Positions 19,957 through 30,850 of a DNA stretch of 64,000 nt are shown piece after piece. Location of the stretch: IMG/VR virus record IMGVR_UViG_3300037424_001372, positions 1-64,000 of that record; one strand, 5' to 3'. This DNA comes from a virus. Its lineage: Duplodnaviria; Heunggongvirae; Uroviricota; Caudoviricetes. The notes beneath the pieces are model-generated. The model made no database searches. It was not told where the DNA came from and saw nothing but the letters and a program-made list of their open reading frames with translations. The position numbers were made by a program, and so were the translations under genes. How positions within the stretch are numbered: position 1 is the stretch's first letter; every line of letters begins with the position of its first letter.

Positions 19957-20232
19957 TTATAACCTACTGATAATAAGTTCATTATTTTTTAAAACAATTG
20001 TATCTTTTTCTTCATATGATATCAATTTAAATTGAATTCTGGTGCAAGATACTGAGGACGTGACTTCAAAATGTCCATTAAAATCAGTATAGGTTGTGTC
20101 ACATTCAGTAGTAACACGTACACCACAAAGCTCTTCACCAGTATTCTTATCATATACATAACCACCAATTTTAGACGGTGTCGAATAAAGATTACACATT
20201 AAAATTCCTATTAATATTAATTTACTAATCAT
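19957..20232 (-). CDS. secreted carboxypeptidase-regulatory-like domain protein
   Basis: Signal peptide; G.VYDKNTGEEL.GV.V..TYTDFNGHF..ISY. Confidence 0.7.
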   Translation of the reverse strand: MISKLILIGILMCNLYSTPSKIGGYVYDKNTGEELCGVRVTTECDTTYTDFNGHFEVTSSVSCTRIQFKLISYEEKDTIVLKNNELIISRL

Positions 20233-20362
20233 AATTTCCTTTTTAAATAAAGACTTTGAAACAATAGATTATGTGTTAAATTAATTTTAAGTGTTTATTA
20301 TTATATTGAAAAAAAAAACCCCCCTAATTAATTAGGGAGATTTTTGAAGTGATAGATTAATA

Positions 20363-22633
20363 TCAGATTTTTTCTTCTTTTTCAGTTAAATTAAATGTGA
20401 AATCTAAATCTTTGCCATCTAAATTTAATGATAATTTATTTTCATCAAATGATTTAAATTCAATAAAATTCTTTTTTGATAGAATCAAAGAAAATTTAAT
20501 TTGAGCAATGTCTTGCAAATATTTTCTTCTTTGTTTGTTAAGAATAGCTGATTTAGTTTCCAAATAAGTTTTCAACACACCTTTTTGCTGTTCAACATTA
20601 AGTGATTTATATATATCAGAATCTAATTGTGCTCGATATTTTTTTATTGCATCTGCCATCACAAATTCATTGATTTTCAATGGTGCACCCGAATTAATTT
20701 TAGTAACAACATCCTCAACTTTAGGTAACGATGATAAACCTTTAATTTTAGTTTCAAGTACTACTGACATATAAAAATCAGTAGATTCTGCATTGGTTAC
20801 TTTAGGAGCAAAACCATTAAAATCGGTAATACCAACTTCTTTTAACCAATCTGCTGCTTCTTGTCCCAATAATTCAACGAACGACTTACTTGTTTTAGGA
20901 TACAAATCTTTACGATAATAATCGTAGACCTTTTTTTCGGCTTGAAGTTTAATCAACTCCCATTCCTTATTAGCTAATTCATTGGCTGAAAGTGCTTTCA
21001 CCATTTTCTTATTAACCAATGGAAGACTGGTAAGGTCGATAATAATCAATTGTACCACATGGTTATCATTAATTTTTGTATCAACAATACTACCTAATTC
21101 ATATTTCACATTATTAGCATTCAAAAGACTTACCAATTCAGGTGAATATGATACTGGAAGTTTAGTTATATTCACAATACCATCTTTAATAATTGTGAAA
21201 GTATTGTATTTGAATGATGCTACTTTATCAATACCAAATTTGTTTTCAGGAAGAATAGCTTCGCCTTCAATGAAAATCCTAATACTTAGGTTGGCACGAG
21301 ATTCATTCCAAACCAAATCAGTTAAAGGATAACCCCTATCAGGATTTGAATTAACGAAGTTAACATCAACCTTGCTTTCGTTAAGTTCAGCAGTCAACTT
21401 AGTTAATTCATCCATGCTTTTAGCTTCACTAAGTTTTTTCTTATCCGCTTCAGTTAAAATAGTTGCTGTTTTAACTTTTTTCCTACCAATTTTGTTATAC
21501 ACAAAATCTTCATGATTGGGATAAAACAAACATCCTTCGATATTACCCAAATCTTCAATAAGATTCATCAAACAATATGCATCATCTGCAACTGGTTTAA
21601 TTTGAACTTTACTTCCAAGTGGAAAACGTTTTGAAACATCAGCGACACATTCTTTGATAGCTGCTTTAAATGAGTTCAATTTTTGTTTACCAAAAGCATT
21701 AACCAACATTTGATAATGATATTGATCGCCAAGAGCATAAAATAATCTTTCTGCTTCGTCATTTAATAATTTATCAGAAAGAATATAAATACCTGCATAA
21801 AGTGCGGTATCTGTATCAGATGATTGTGTTCCGATTGCAAATGGTGAGAAGAAATATATTTCATTTACATCACTACCAACTAAAATTTTACCATCAGTAA
21901 TATTGTATAACAAAACACTTCCATTATTTACCGAAAATGCAAAATCATACAAATATTTATCAGTAATTTCAATAACTTTTTTCTTACCACTACCACCACT
22001 TGAAGAAATTTTTGCATCAAACAATGGTTCAAATTCATCAAAACCATCACAACTTATTTTTTCACCACCAAGAATAGCAGCCATTTCAGTTAATTTACGA
22101 GAATCAGCATAATATCCATATTCAACAAATGTTGAAGATGCAATATCATTTTCAATTGTTTTCAATGTTGAAATAACTTCATTCCAAGGACAGTCATTGT
22201 TATAACCATCAGTAAGAAAAATCATAGAGAATACTGAATCAGGACGATTTTTTTCAATCCTACCAATCAAATCTTTTACCAATTGAAGTGGTTTTAGAAA
22301 TGCAGTAAGACCTACTGGACGAAGCCATTTGTCAATAGCATCATGTAAATCAGTAAGAGTTTTAAGTGATTTAACTTCCACTTCTTCTTTAAGAATACCA
22401 GCATCCCTACTACCAGAAAACCAAACAATTGAGATTGTATCACCATCCTTCATAATGTTAGATAGTTTGTTTTTCAATTGTGTTCTAATTTGAGAGAGTT
22501 CGCCAGACATTGACCCTGATACGTCAACAACGAAGATGTGATTTGTTTTTTTAGGTACTTCTACAACAGCATTAGTATTCACCTTTTGAGTTGTGAGAAA
22601 ATAATTCTCACCAATTTTTACATTACTTTTCAT
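20363..22633 (-). CDS. large vWA-domain protein
   Basis: MIDAS DVSGSM and FLTDGY; ECF-type promoter at 22682-22706. Confidence 0.8.
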   Translation of the reverse strand: MKSNVKIGENYFLTTQKVNTNAVVEVPKKTNHIFVVDVSGSMSGELSQIRTQLKNKLSNIMKDGDTISIVWFSGSRDAGILKEEVEVKSLKTLTDLHDAIDKWLRPVGLTAFLKPLQLVKDLIGRIEKNRPDSVFSMIFLTDGYNNDCPWNEVISTLKTIENDIASSTFVEYGYYADSRKLTEMAAILGGEKISCDGFDEFEPLFDAKISSSGGSGKKKVIEITDKYLYDFAFSVNNGSVLLYNITDGKILVGSDVNEIYFFSPFAIGTQSSDTDTALYAGIYILSDKLLNDEAERLFYALGDQYHYQMLVNAFGKQKLNSFKAAIKECVADVSKRFPLGSKVQIKPVADDAYCLMNLIEDLGNIEGCLFYPNHEDFVYNKIGRKKVKTATILTEADKKKLSEAKSMDELTKLTAELNESKVDVNFVNSNPDRGYPLTDLVWNESRANLSIRIFIEGEAILPENKFGIDKVASFKYNTFTIIKDGIVNITKLPVSYSPELVSLLNANNVKYELGSIVDTKINDNHVVQLIIIDLTSLPLVNKKMVKALSANELANKEWELIKLQAEKKVYDYYRKDLYPKTSKSFVELLGQEAADWLKEVGITDFNGFAPKVTNAESTDFYMSVVLETKIKGLSSLPKVEDVVTKINSGAPLKINEFVMADAIKKYRAQLDSDIYKSLNVEQQKGVLKTYLETKSAILNKQRRKYLQDIAQIKFSLILSKKNFIEFKSFDENKLSLNLDGKDLDFTFNLTEKEEKI

Positions 22634-22969
22634 ACAATAAAAATATAAATTACAGTTATTTATTTTCAATCAAATTATCTATACGAAATTCGTATATCAA
22701 TGTTACGTTTTTTTACAAATTTTCAATATAAAAACACTGAAATTTATTTTGTGTAAACATAAAAAAACCCTAGATATTTCTAAGGGAGTTTTAATATAAT
22801 AAAAAACTAATTCACTAGTACCTTCAACTGTATTGTAGTCATCAATAAACACATTTCCATGATAATTATTGATGACATTAGTAAATATTATAAATAATTG
22901 CTTACCCAATAAATGACCAATGGTTTGACTAATATCATATGTTGAAATTATCCAAAATTTTATGGTCAT

Positions 22970-23170
22970 TAGTTATTCATGTTAATGTACACTCATTAAC
23001 ATGAATTATTTCATCTCTGCTAGGTTCAGAAGAATAGGTTCTCAAGTTATTATAACTCATTTTTGAGTGTTTCTTAACATAACATTTTGAATGTATTAAG
23101 ACATCTACTTCCAAACCAGTTATTCATATTTCAATAGTAAAACTACATTGAAGCACAAATCTTCAAAAAT
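22970..23170 (-). ncRNA. candidate structured RNA or mobile-element end
   Basis: Several hairpins ending in TTCATGTTAATG-AGTGTA-CATTAACATGAA. Confidence 0.3.
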
Positions 23171-23190
23171 AAAATTTAACTAACAAACAA

Positions 23191-23300
23191 TTATTTATTA
23201 TTTTCTACGATTAACCTACATAATTCAATGAATTCATCTGAACTGAGCATATGTTTCATTAGATTAATTAGTTTATACACCCACGCAACATTATTTTTTA
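23191..23300 (-). pseudogene. C-terminal remnant of an HNH-type endonuclease
   Basis: NNVAWVYKLINLMK..LSSDEFIELC. Confidence 0.5.
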
Positions 23301-23302
23301 TA

Positions 23303-26300
23303 TTACGAACACTTGCTCCAAGAACAATTTTGACATGAAATGCACCCCTCAGCAAAAATAAACTCAGTTCCATGACATTCAGGACATTTGCCTTTTACCT
23401 TTTCCCCATCTTTAATATATCGCTTTAACGTTCTAACCACACCATTTTTCCATGTATTAATATATTCTTCTTTAAAATTTAAGGAATCGATTAATTCATA
23501 TGCATAAATTAATGGCATACCGTGTCTTAAAATTCCTGAAATTAATTTAGCGTAGTTCCAAAATTCTGGATTGAATGCATGATTTAAGCCAGTATGTGTT
23601 TGTTTAACACCATCTGTATCGATATACTCAATATCATATCTTTTCATCTTAATTTTTTCAGCCTTTTCGTTAAGTTCTTCAGTTTCAATAATATTCTTAA
23701 CGACTTCACAGTCCTTAATGTTAACAGGAAGATTACTTAATCCATTCTCCAATTTACCAGTAAATAATTCATACGGTCTACCATCTTTAACACCAACAAC
23801 AGCAATCCATTTTTCTAAATTATTTTGGAATCTATGTATTTCACCCTTTAATCTTTTCGGACGTTTAGGTGCATGATTTTCATGAAACTCGACTTCACGT
23901 TCTTTATTCTTTTTATCGTTATCTGATATTAATACCCCTGAACGACTACCATCACGATAAATGGTAATACCCTTACAGCCACTTCTCCATGCAGTTTCAT
24001 ATATTTTAGCAACCAATTCTTCGGTGGCATCGTTTGGAATATTCACAGTGGTACTGATGGAATGGTCAATATTTGATTGAATTCTACCTTGCATTTCAAC
24101 CTTTTTAACCCAATCAACATCATTTGATGTGGCTTTATGATACGGTGACTGTTTGACAATTTCATCGATTTGAATATTTGTCATGGATTTAACAACATCG
24201 ACATCATAACCTTTAACTTTTAACCAAACCTCAAATTTATGATGGAAAACAGAATATTCCATCCAAGCAACACCTTCATCATCAACAAAATCGATACGTA
24301 CATCTTTTTCTTGTGGATTAATTTTACGTCTACGCCGATAAACTGGGAGAAAAACAGGTTCGATACCTGATGTTGTTTGTGTCATAAGACTTACACTACC
24401 TGTTGGTGCAATAGTTAATAATGCAATATTTCTACGACCATATTTAACCATATCATCATATAGTTGTTGATCCTCATTTTTTATCCTATTAATAAATGGA
24501 TTATTTAATTCCTTAGATATATCAAAAATTGGAAAAGTACCACGTTCTTTAGCTAATTCAACCGAAGAGCGATATGCTTCAAGTTTTAATGTTTTATGCA
24601 CTAATTCAGCGAAATCATTACTTTGTTCTGTACCATAAATTAAATTTAATGCAGCCAACATATCACCCTCAGCAGTAATACCTAAACCTGTACGACGACC
24701 AAGTTCAGCTTTACGTCTAATTTCTAACCACAATTCCCTTTCAATAGTTTTTACATATTCAGGTTCAGGGTCATTTTCAATTTTAGCTAATATTGCATCG
24801 ATTTTTTCTAATTCTAAATCAATAATATCATCCATATAGCGTTGAGCTAACCTAACATCACCACTAAATAATTTAAAATCAAAATAAGCGTTATCTGTAA
24901 ATGGATTGATGACATAACCAAACAAATTAACTACCAATAAACGACAGCTATCATATGGGGGTAGTGGTAATTCACCACAATTTGAAGTTACAACACCATT
25001 AAAACACCCCCTACCTCTTTTTTCTTCAGTAAAACAATATACTTTTTCAGCATCATCACATTCTTCAATTGATATTACCTTTATAAATCGAGATGCATCA
25101 CGATTCAGATTAATATCATCGATTTTAACCCTAAATGTTCTCAACCCTAAATCATGTAGCTTCTTTACGTTACTTGCATTAATAATTAAACGATATGACT
25201 TATTACAATCATATTCAACGCCATTTATTTCATGTAATCCACCATCTTTTTCATCAATAACTGAACCATTTACACCAAAAGTATTTAAAACATGAAGCTT
25301 AATATTCATTAGAAATTCTCTATCGATTGATGAAATACTAATTGCTCCTTCTTCTGAATTTAAACTACCATCTGAATCAATAATACCTGCTAACCATGAA
25401 AGTATTTGAGTATGTGATAAATTAAATTCATCATTATATTTAGGCACATATTTTTTAGGGTCAACCAGTGATAACATATTTATCGGCAATTTAACTCTAA
25501 CAGTAATTTTATCATTTTCAATAGACTCTGATTTATTTCCAATTATATTTAAATGATTAATGAGTTTCTTTTTTTCACCATATAATGAAATATGATGGGT
25601 AGACTCTCTTTTTATAAAACCATCACCCACGAAAAAACCTAATGTATAATAATCATTGGACGATATTTCATCTGTAATCGAAATCGATTGACCAAAATAT
25701 CTAGGTAACACAGGAAAATCATATTTTTCAAGTTTATCATTAATTTTCAAATCTTTGGCTTCTTTTTTTATCGATTTACCATCTCTACTATATCCATCCC
25801 AAGTATAAAACCCATGATATAATGTACATTTTAATTCTGAACCATCTGAAAATTTAATTTTCAACATTTTCTGATTGGTTCCTGTAATTGAAGGAATAAC
25901 TTTAGAGAATTCCCTACCATTCCATACATTTACTTTATGACCTGCAACACTACCAATTTCAACATAACCCATATCAGTTAAAATCAAAGTATCTTCACTA
26001 ACGCAAGGATTTGTACTTCTTTCAATCCATTCTTCACCATAACATGAAGGAATTGATTCTCTAATTAACGTGTCCCAAAACAAAATCCCCGGTTCTGCTG
26101 ATTTCCATGCATTATATATTATTTTATTCCACAATTTACGTGAATCTATTGTTTTAGTGAATTTAGGATTATCTGAATCAATTGGAAACTGTTGTTGATA
26201 TTTACCATCACCAAACACCGAATTCATGAACTCATCATCGAGTTTAATTGAAATATTAGCATTAGTAACCTGACCTTCAGCTAATTTAGCATCAACAAAT

Positions 26301-26884
26301 GATTCTGCATCAGGATGTTTTGATGATATCGATAACATTAACGCACCACGCCTACCTGATTGAGCAACTTCTTTAGTTGTATTCGAGTAACGTGTCATAA
26401 ATGGTACAACACCTGTCGATGATATTGCATCATTTTTAACCGGTGAATTATTTGGACGAATATATGATAAGTCATGACCTACACCACCCCTACGTTTCAT
26501 TAATTGTGCCTGTTCTTGATCTGTTTTAAAAATGCTTCCATATGAATCAAATTTATTACCAATAACAAAACAATTACCTAATGAAGTGACTTGATAATTA
26601 TTTCCAATACCTGACATTGGAGAACCTTGAGGTATTATTCTCTTAAACCCCTTTAATGTGTCATAGATTTTAGATTCTGGTGTTGGATTAGGGTATTTAC
26701 TTTCGATTCTAGCTATTTCACTTGCTATGCGTTTATGCATATCATCAGGAGTTAACTCACAATAATTACCATTATCATCCTTTAAACAGTACTTTTTACC
26801 ACACACGTCAGCAGCTAATGAATCACCATTAAAATACTCTAATGTAGCCTTTTCGACTTCACTTTTTTGATATTTTTTTACCAT
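23303..26884 (-). CDS. nrdJ: class II (AdoCbl-dependent) ribonucleotide reductase with intein
   Basis: SLGNCFV, GGVG, RRGALM, TNP|CGE, TIAPTGS, GCKGITIYRDGSR, C-terminal Zn ribbon. Confidence 0.92.
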   Translation of the reverse strand: MVKKYQKSEVEKATLEYFNGDSLAADVCGKKYCLKDDNGNYCELTPDDMHKRIASEIARIESKYPNPTPESKIYDTLKGFKRIIPQGSPMSGIGNNYQVTSLGNCFVIGNKFDSYGSIFKTDQEQAQLMKRRGGVGHDLSYIRPNNSPVKNDAISSTGVVPFMTRYSNTTKEVAQSGRRGALMLSISSKHPDAESFVDAKLAEGQVTNANISIKLDDEFMNSVFGDGKYQQQFPIDSDNPKFTKTIDSRKLWNKIIYNAWKSAEPGILFWDTLIRESIPSCYGEEWIERSTNPCVSEDTLILTDMGYVEIGSVAGHKVNVWNGREFSKVIPSITGTNQKMLKIKFSDGSELKCTLYHGFYTWDGYSRDGKSIKKEAKDLKINDKLEKYDFPVLPRYFGQSISITDEISSNDYYTLGFFVGDGFIKRESTHHISLYGEKKKLINHLNIIGNKSESIENDKITVRVKLPINMLSLVDPKKYVPKYNDEFNLSHTQILSWLAGIIDSDGSLNSEEGAISISSIDREFLMNIKLHVLNTFGVNGSVIDEKDGGLHEINGVEYDCNKSYRLIINASNVKKLHDLGLRTFRVKIDDINLNRDASRFIKVISIEECDDAEKVYCFTEEKRGRGCFNGVVTSNCGELPLPPYDSCRLLVVNLFGYVINPFTDNAYFDFKLFSGDVRLAQRYMDDIIDLELEKIDAILAKIENDPEPEYVKTIERELWLEIRRKAELGRRTGLGITAEGDMLAALNLIYGTEQSNDFAELVHKTLKLEAYRSSVELAKERGTFPIFDISKELNNPFINRIKNEDQQLYDDMVKYGRRNIALLTIAPTGSVSLMTQTTSGIEPVFLPVYRRRRKINPQEKDVRIDFVDDEGVAWMEYSVFHHKFEVWLKVKGYDVDVVKSMTNIQIDEIVKQSPYHKATSNDVDWVKKVEMQGRIQSNIDHSISTTVNIPNDATEELVAKIYETAWRSGCKGITIYRDGSRSGVLISDNDKKNKEREVEFHENHAPKRPKRLKGEIHRFQNNLEKWIAVVGVKDGRPYELFTGKLENGLSNLPVNIKDCEVVKNIIETEELNEKAEKIKMKRYDIEYIDTDGVKQTHTGLNHAFNPEFWNYAKLISGILRHGMPLIYAYELIDSLNFKEEYINTWKNGVVRTLKRYIKDGEKVKGKCPECHGTEFIFAEGCISCQNCSWSKCS
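24980..26005 (-). mobile_element. LAGLIDADG intein (342 aa) in the RNR NPCGE active site
   Basis: CVSEDTLI..LAGIIDSDG..GVVTSN|C. Confidence 0.9.
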
Positions 26885-27105
26885 ATTTAAAATAATTTTT
26901 TATAAAATTTATTATTACAAAGCTACCCCTTGACTCAGATAAATACAAGTGTTTTAAAAAACATATTCAAAAATTTTTAAGTTTTTTTAATTAAAAATGA
27001 AATTAATTTTTAAAATGTTTATTAACAAAATGTTATAAAAAAAGGGACTAAATAGTCCCATAAAAAACAGAAATTAGTATAAAAACAGAAAGATATTATT
27101 ATTTT

Positions 27106-27831
27106 TTATTTGTTAATATATTTGAAATCATCTTGTTCATTATTAATTAGTGATTTTGACCTTGTTTTAAAATCAGCATTGGTTGAACTCATGCTTCGAT
27201 ATGATATTGCTGCATCGTTTAAAGTACTTGACATATTAAACACACCGTTCATTGATGCCGTATATGTGTATGTATTGGAGCCACTTATACCGAAACTTGT
27301 TCCAACACTAAATGCATCTTGATTGGCTGCAAGATAAATAAAATTCCAATTATTATCTTCACATTCTTTAATTAATTTTTTTACATCATTAAGATTAAAT
27401 TCTCGACTAGAATTTTCTTGACCATCTGTGATGACACAAACCAATACTTTAGAAGGTGCTTCATTACCTAATTTAACATGGTTAGCATTAACATTATTAA
27501 TAGTTTTACCAATAGCATCATAAAGAGCAGTCATTCCACGAGGAAACCAAACTTTTTTACTAATGTCTTCAACTTTTTTAATATCAACATTATCATAAAG
27601 TAGTTCATATTCATCATCAAATAGTGCAACACTTAAAGTAGCTTCATCTGACAATTCTTTTTGTTGTTTAATGAAAGTATTAAATCCACCAATACTATCA
27701 TCCATAATATTTGACATAGAACCACTTCTATCTAAAATACAAACTATTTGAGTTTTTTCGTTGGTGTTAAAAATTTCTTCGGTAACAGTAGTGGTGACTG
27801 TGGTAATTACTTTTTTATTTATATTAGTCAT
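27106..27831 (-). CDS. vWA-domain protein
   Basis: DRSGSM, TALYDAIG, ITDGQENSS, YLAANQD. Confidence 0.85.
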   Translation of the reverse strand: MTNINKKVITTVTTTVTEEIFNTNEKTQIVCILDRSGSMSNIMDDSIGGFNTFIKQQKELSDEATLSVALFDDEYELLYDNVDIKKVEDISKKVWFPRGMTALYDAIGKTINNVNANHVKLGNEAPSKVLVCVITDGQENSSREFNLNDVKKLIKECEDNNWNFIYLAANQDAFSVGTSFGISGSNTYTYTASMNGVFNMSSTLNDAAISYRSMSSTNADFKTRSKSLINNEQDDFKYINK

Positions 27832-27971
27832 TTATACATAAGTATTAATTATAAAATTATTTTAAGTAAATGTAATATGTTTTAATAAAAATGGCAAGAA
27901 ATATTTTAATTTAGATTTAATTACAATGAAAATATTTAAAATAAAAAACCAGTTAATTCTTTAACTGGTTG

Positions 27972-28056
27972 TGAGAGTGGCAGGATTCGAACCTGCTGTG
28001 TTTCTATGTGTCAGATTTACAGTCTGATGCCCATCCACCATCTGAGCAGCACTCCC
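27972..28056 (-). tRNA. tRNA-Tyr(GUA)
   Basis: TCAGA-CTGTAAA-TCTGA, long V arm. Confidence 0.85.
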
Positions 28057-28066
28057 GAATAAAAAC

Positions 28067-28096
28067 AAAAAACCTGATTCATTTGAATCGGGTTTT
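28067..28096 (-). terminator. terminator directly upstream of tRNA-Tyr
   Basis: AAAACCCGATTC-AAAT-GAATCAGGTTTTTT. Confidence 0.75.
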
Positions 28097-28163
28097 GATT
28101 ATCCTGTTTGCTATAGTTATTACTTAACTATGTTTCGCTTTACGGCAAACAATACCGTTAAAA

Positions 28164-28275
28164 TAAATCTAACAAAATCTACAACTTTGTTAGATTTTAT
28201 TCTTCTTGTTTCACTGAGGGTCTAATGACTTACTCTCCACAAGCGTTAATTCGGTAGAACGGCTACCTATTTTTA
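28164..28275 (-). mobile_element. tnpB-type 3'-end / right-end remnant (second family)
   Basis: KIGSRSTELTLVESKSLDPQ* followed by GAAACAAGAA and an AAATCTAACAAA..TTTGTTAGATTT hairpin. Confidence 0.5.
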
Positions 28276-28672
28276 TTATTTGATTATCTTTACAATTATC
28301 ATTATTATGAATATAAAAACAATATATTAAACAAAAAAACACTTTTTATTAAATTTATTTTTTAATAATATTTTTTACCAGTTGCTTTAATAATTAAAAA
28401 TTTTTTCTTTTTTTTAAATCGTTCACAAATATATGATATAAATACGACATAAACAACAAAAAGTTATAAATAAAATGAAACTTTTTACAACCTTTTGAAA
28501 ATCAGTTAAATAATTTTTACCAAATGTTTTAAGTTTCAACTAATATAATTGTCCAATACCAATATAAAATACATCATTATTATCATTTCGAATGTGCATA
28601 CATACATATTCCATAGTAAATATTTTATAATAAATCTAACATTCAAACGTATTTATACTAAATTAGATAATA

Positions 28673-29122
28673 ATGAAATTGAATAATATAATCAACGAAG
28701 AACTTGAAAACCTAATTAATGAAGGTTATGTGATGGAACATGATAATTTTAAGTTCAGTCAAAATGTAAAAACTTGTTCGTTTTATAATTATGAATCATT
28801 TTCAACTGACCATGATATTGATATTAGCGAATATGAAATTGTTATTAATTGGCGTATTGGTTTTTGGTTAAATAATATGGGTGTTGAGAATTTCATTGTT
28901 CAAGGAGATAATGTTATTGGGACTTATACTGTTTTATTATTAGATAAACAAACTGATGAAAAAGTTCAGGAAATTGAAAAAAATATTGCTGAAATTCCTT
29001 GGAAATTTGAAATAGATGACGCTAAATTATATTTAAACAAATCATTATACGTTGAATTTCTTGAATTCGATTTTAAAACAAAAATTTGCAGAATCACGTT
29101 CTATGACCCGGCAAATTATTAA
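28673..29122 (+). CDS. late protein with IINEE/LINE N-terminus
   Basis: GTATTTATA at 28649. Confidence 0.7.
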   Translation: MKLNNIINEELENLINEGYVMEHDNFKFSQNVKTCSFYNYESFSTDHDIDISEYEIVINWRIGFWLNNMGVENFIVQGDNVIGTYTVLLLDKQTDEKVQEIEKNIAEIPWKFEIDDAKLYLNKSLYVEFLEFDFKTKICRITFYDPANY

Positions 29123-29216
29123 TATATTGGGATTTGCTGTTGGTGTGGGACCCAAACCCTCGATATTTGGTATGGTTCTAATGCATTACCATAAACTAAC
29201 TGGCAATGTTTCGACA

Positions 29217-29501
29217 TCACCAAATAATGTCGAAAATTTCATTATTCCTACGAATATTTCTAACGGTTATTTTCGTTGGTTTATACATCCATTGTTTTTG
29301 ATTTTTTGAAACTAATTTCCAATTTGGATATCTTAACTCATTATTATTAAATCCACCATACCATTTAGTAGTTTGGTTTTCATTTTTATGATATTTACAA
29401 TGAGAACAATGAATTTTAGATTTTCTTTCGAGATATTGTTTATATGCTCGATTAAATTCACCACGATTAGTGGTGTCGTCCATGATATTTTTAACTCTCA
29501 T
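29217..29501 (-). CDS. hypothetical protein (CxxC..H motif)
   Basis: ORF track. Confidence 0.6.
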   Translation of the reverse strand: MRVKNIMDDTTNRGEFNRAYKQYLERKSKIHCSHCKYHKNENQTTKWYGGFNNNELRYPNWKLVSKNQKQWMYKPTKITVRNIRRNNEIFDIIW

Positions 29502-29857
29502 TATATTAGAGGTATTATTAGAGTTTTGTTATAAAGCTAATTTTCGCATCAAATATGGGCCAATTCTTAAATTTAATGAGCCACATTTTATATGTTTTTG
29601 ATCCATAAAATTAAAATCCACAAGTTTTTTAACTTTATATTAAAAAATATTAATTCTTTTTATTAATAGTTTTTTTATATTCAATTTTTTTCCTTTCAGA
29701 TTTTTTTACTTGCTTTCCACAACCACAATCATCCTTTTTATTTTCATTTTTTTTCATATATTTTTTTTCTTTATTTATTAAAAATTTACCAATTCCATAA
29801 TCAATCTATTTTGATTCTAATATAATTATATCATTAAAACCACCACAATTATTATAT

Positions 29858-30121
29858 CTATTTCAATAGAATGTTCCAGTTATTTTTAAATAAATCTTCA
29901 TATTCACTACCATCACATAAATTTAATTGAATATATGCATCACCGGTAATAATTCCTAATATTAAATACTTTGGATTTGTAATATTTTTAAAATGTTTGA
30001 ATTCAAATGCTCTCACAACATATTCTTCACCTTGCAAACATTTTAATAGAACATTACCATCATCACTATATTTAAAAAAAACTGCCGGTATAAAATGAAT
30101 TTCATGTATAACCTTTTCCAT
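29858..30121 (-). CDS. hypothetical protein
   Basis: ORF track. Confidence 0.55.
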   Translation of the reverse strand: MEKVIHEIHFIPAVFFKYSDDGNVLLKCLQGEEYVVRAFEFKHFKNITNPKYLILGIITGDAYIQLNLCDGSEYEDLFKNNWNILLK

Positions 30122-30127
30122 AAATCT

Positions 30128-30850
30128 TTATTTGTTTTTTGGTTCTTTCCTGAAACTCCATTTATCAAAACCAAATTTAGCTATTTTATATTTATCATCA
30201 ATTTCAATAATATTTTTTTCACTAGAACCTAATACGCCACCAATGAACATTTGTATTTCTTGAAATGCTTGAAATGCATCAAAAATTCTATAAAACTCAT
30301 ATTCTTTAAGAATTGGATTATTTATTTGGGTAATATTCGATCTATGAAGGTAATATGATTCACGATTAAAATCTATTACAAATATAGGTGAATTAATTTC
30401 TCTAAACATATTAATACAATCATATGACATAATATAATTAATATCACTATTTAAATCACTTTTATAGTAATGATCAACAATAAATTCTTTGATATTATCA
30501 AACTCGTATACAATATCAAATAATTCTTGATTGAAGTTATATCCTGATTCATTAATAATTTCTTTGTTGTAGAAAAGTTTCCAACCAAGATAAAGTTTTC
30601 CACAAAAACCAATTATAAAACTACTACAACCTACATATCGTTTATTTTTTTTTCTATCAATAGTAGAATGCCCTAAATTAATAAATGGATTATTTCTAAG
30701 ACCACGGTTATTACCATAATGAAACTCTTTCAACATTTCATTATTTTTGGTAATTTCAATAGTATGTCGTTCATATACTATGGTTTTATCAATGCCCATT
30801 GTACCTGCAACACCATCATAATAATCTTTAAATTTTGATATTATATACAT
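30128..30850 (-). CDS. conserved phage hypothetical protein
   Basis: IISKFKDYYD..IGFCGK.Y..GFDKWSFRK. Confidence 0.7.
   Translation of the reverse strand: MYIISKFKDYYDGVAGTMGIDKTIVYERHTIEITKNNEMLKEFHYGNNRGLRNNPFINLGHSTIDRKKNKRYVGCSSFIIGFCGKLYLGWKLFYNKEIINESGYNFNQELFDIVYEFDNIKEFIVDHYYKSDLNSDINYIMSYDCINMFREINSPIFVIDFNRESYYLHRSNITQINNPILKEYEFYRIFDAFQAFQEIQMFIGGVLGSSEKNIIEIDDKYKIAKFGFDKWSFRKEPKNK

Noticed and set aside
20363-22633. vWA protein as the Ro60 partner
   Set aside because: Its vWA domain is N-terminal with no recognisable TROVE helical domain.
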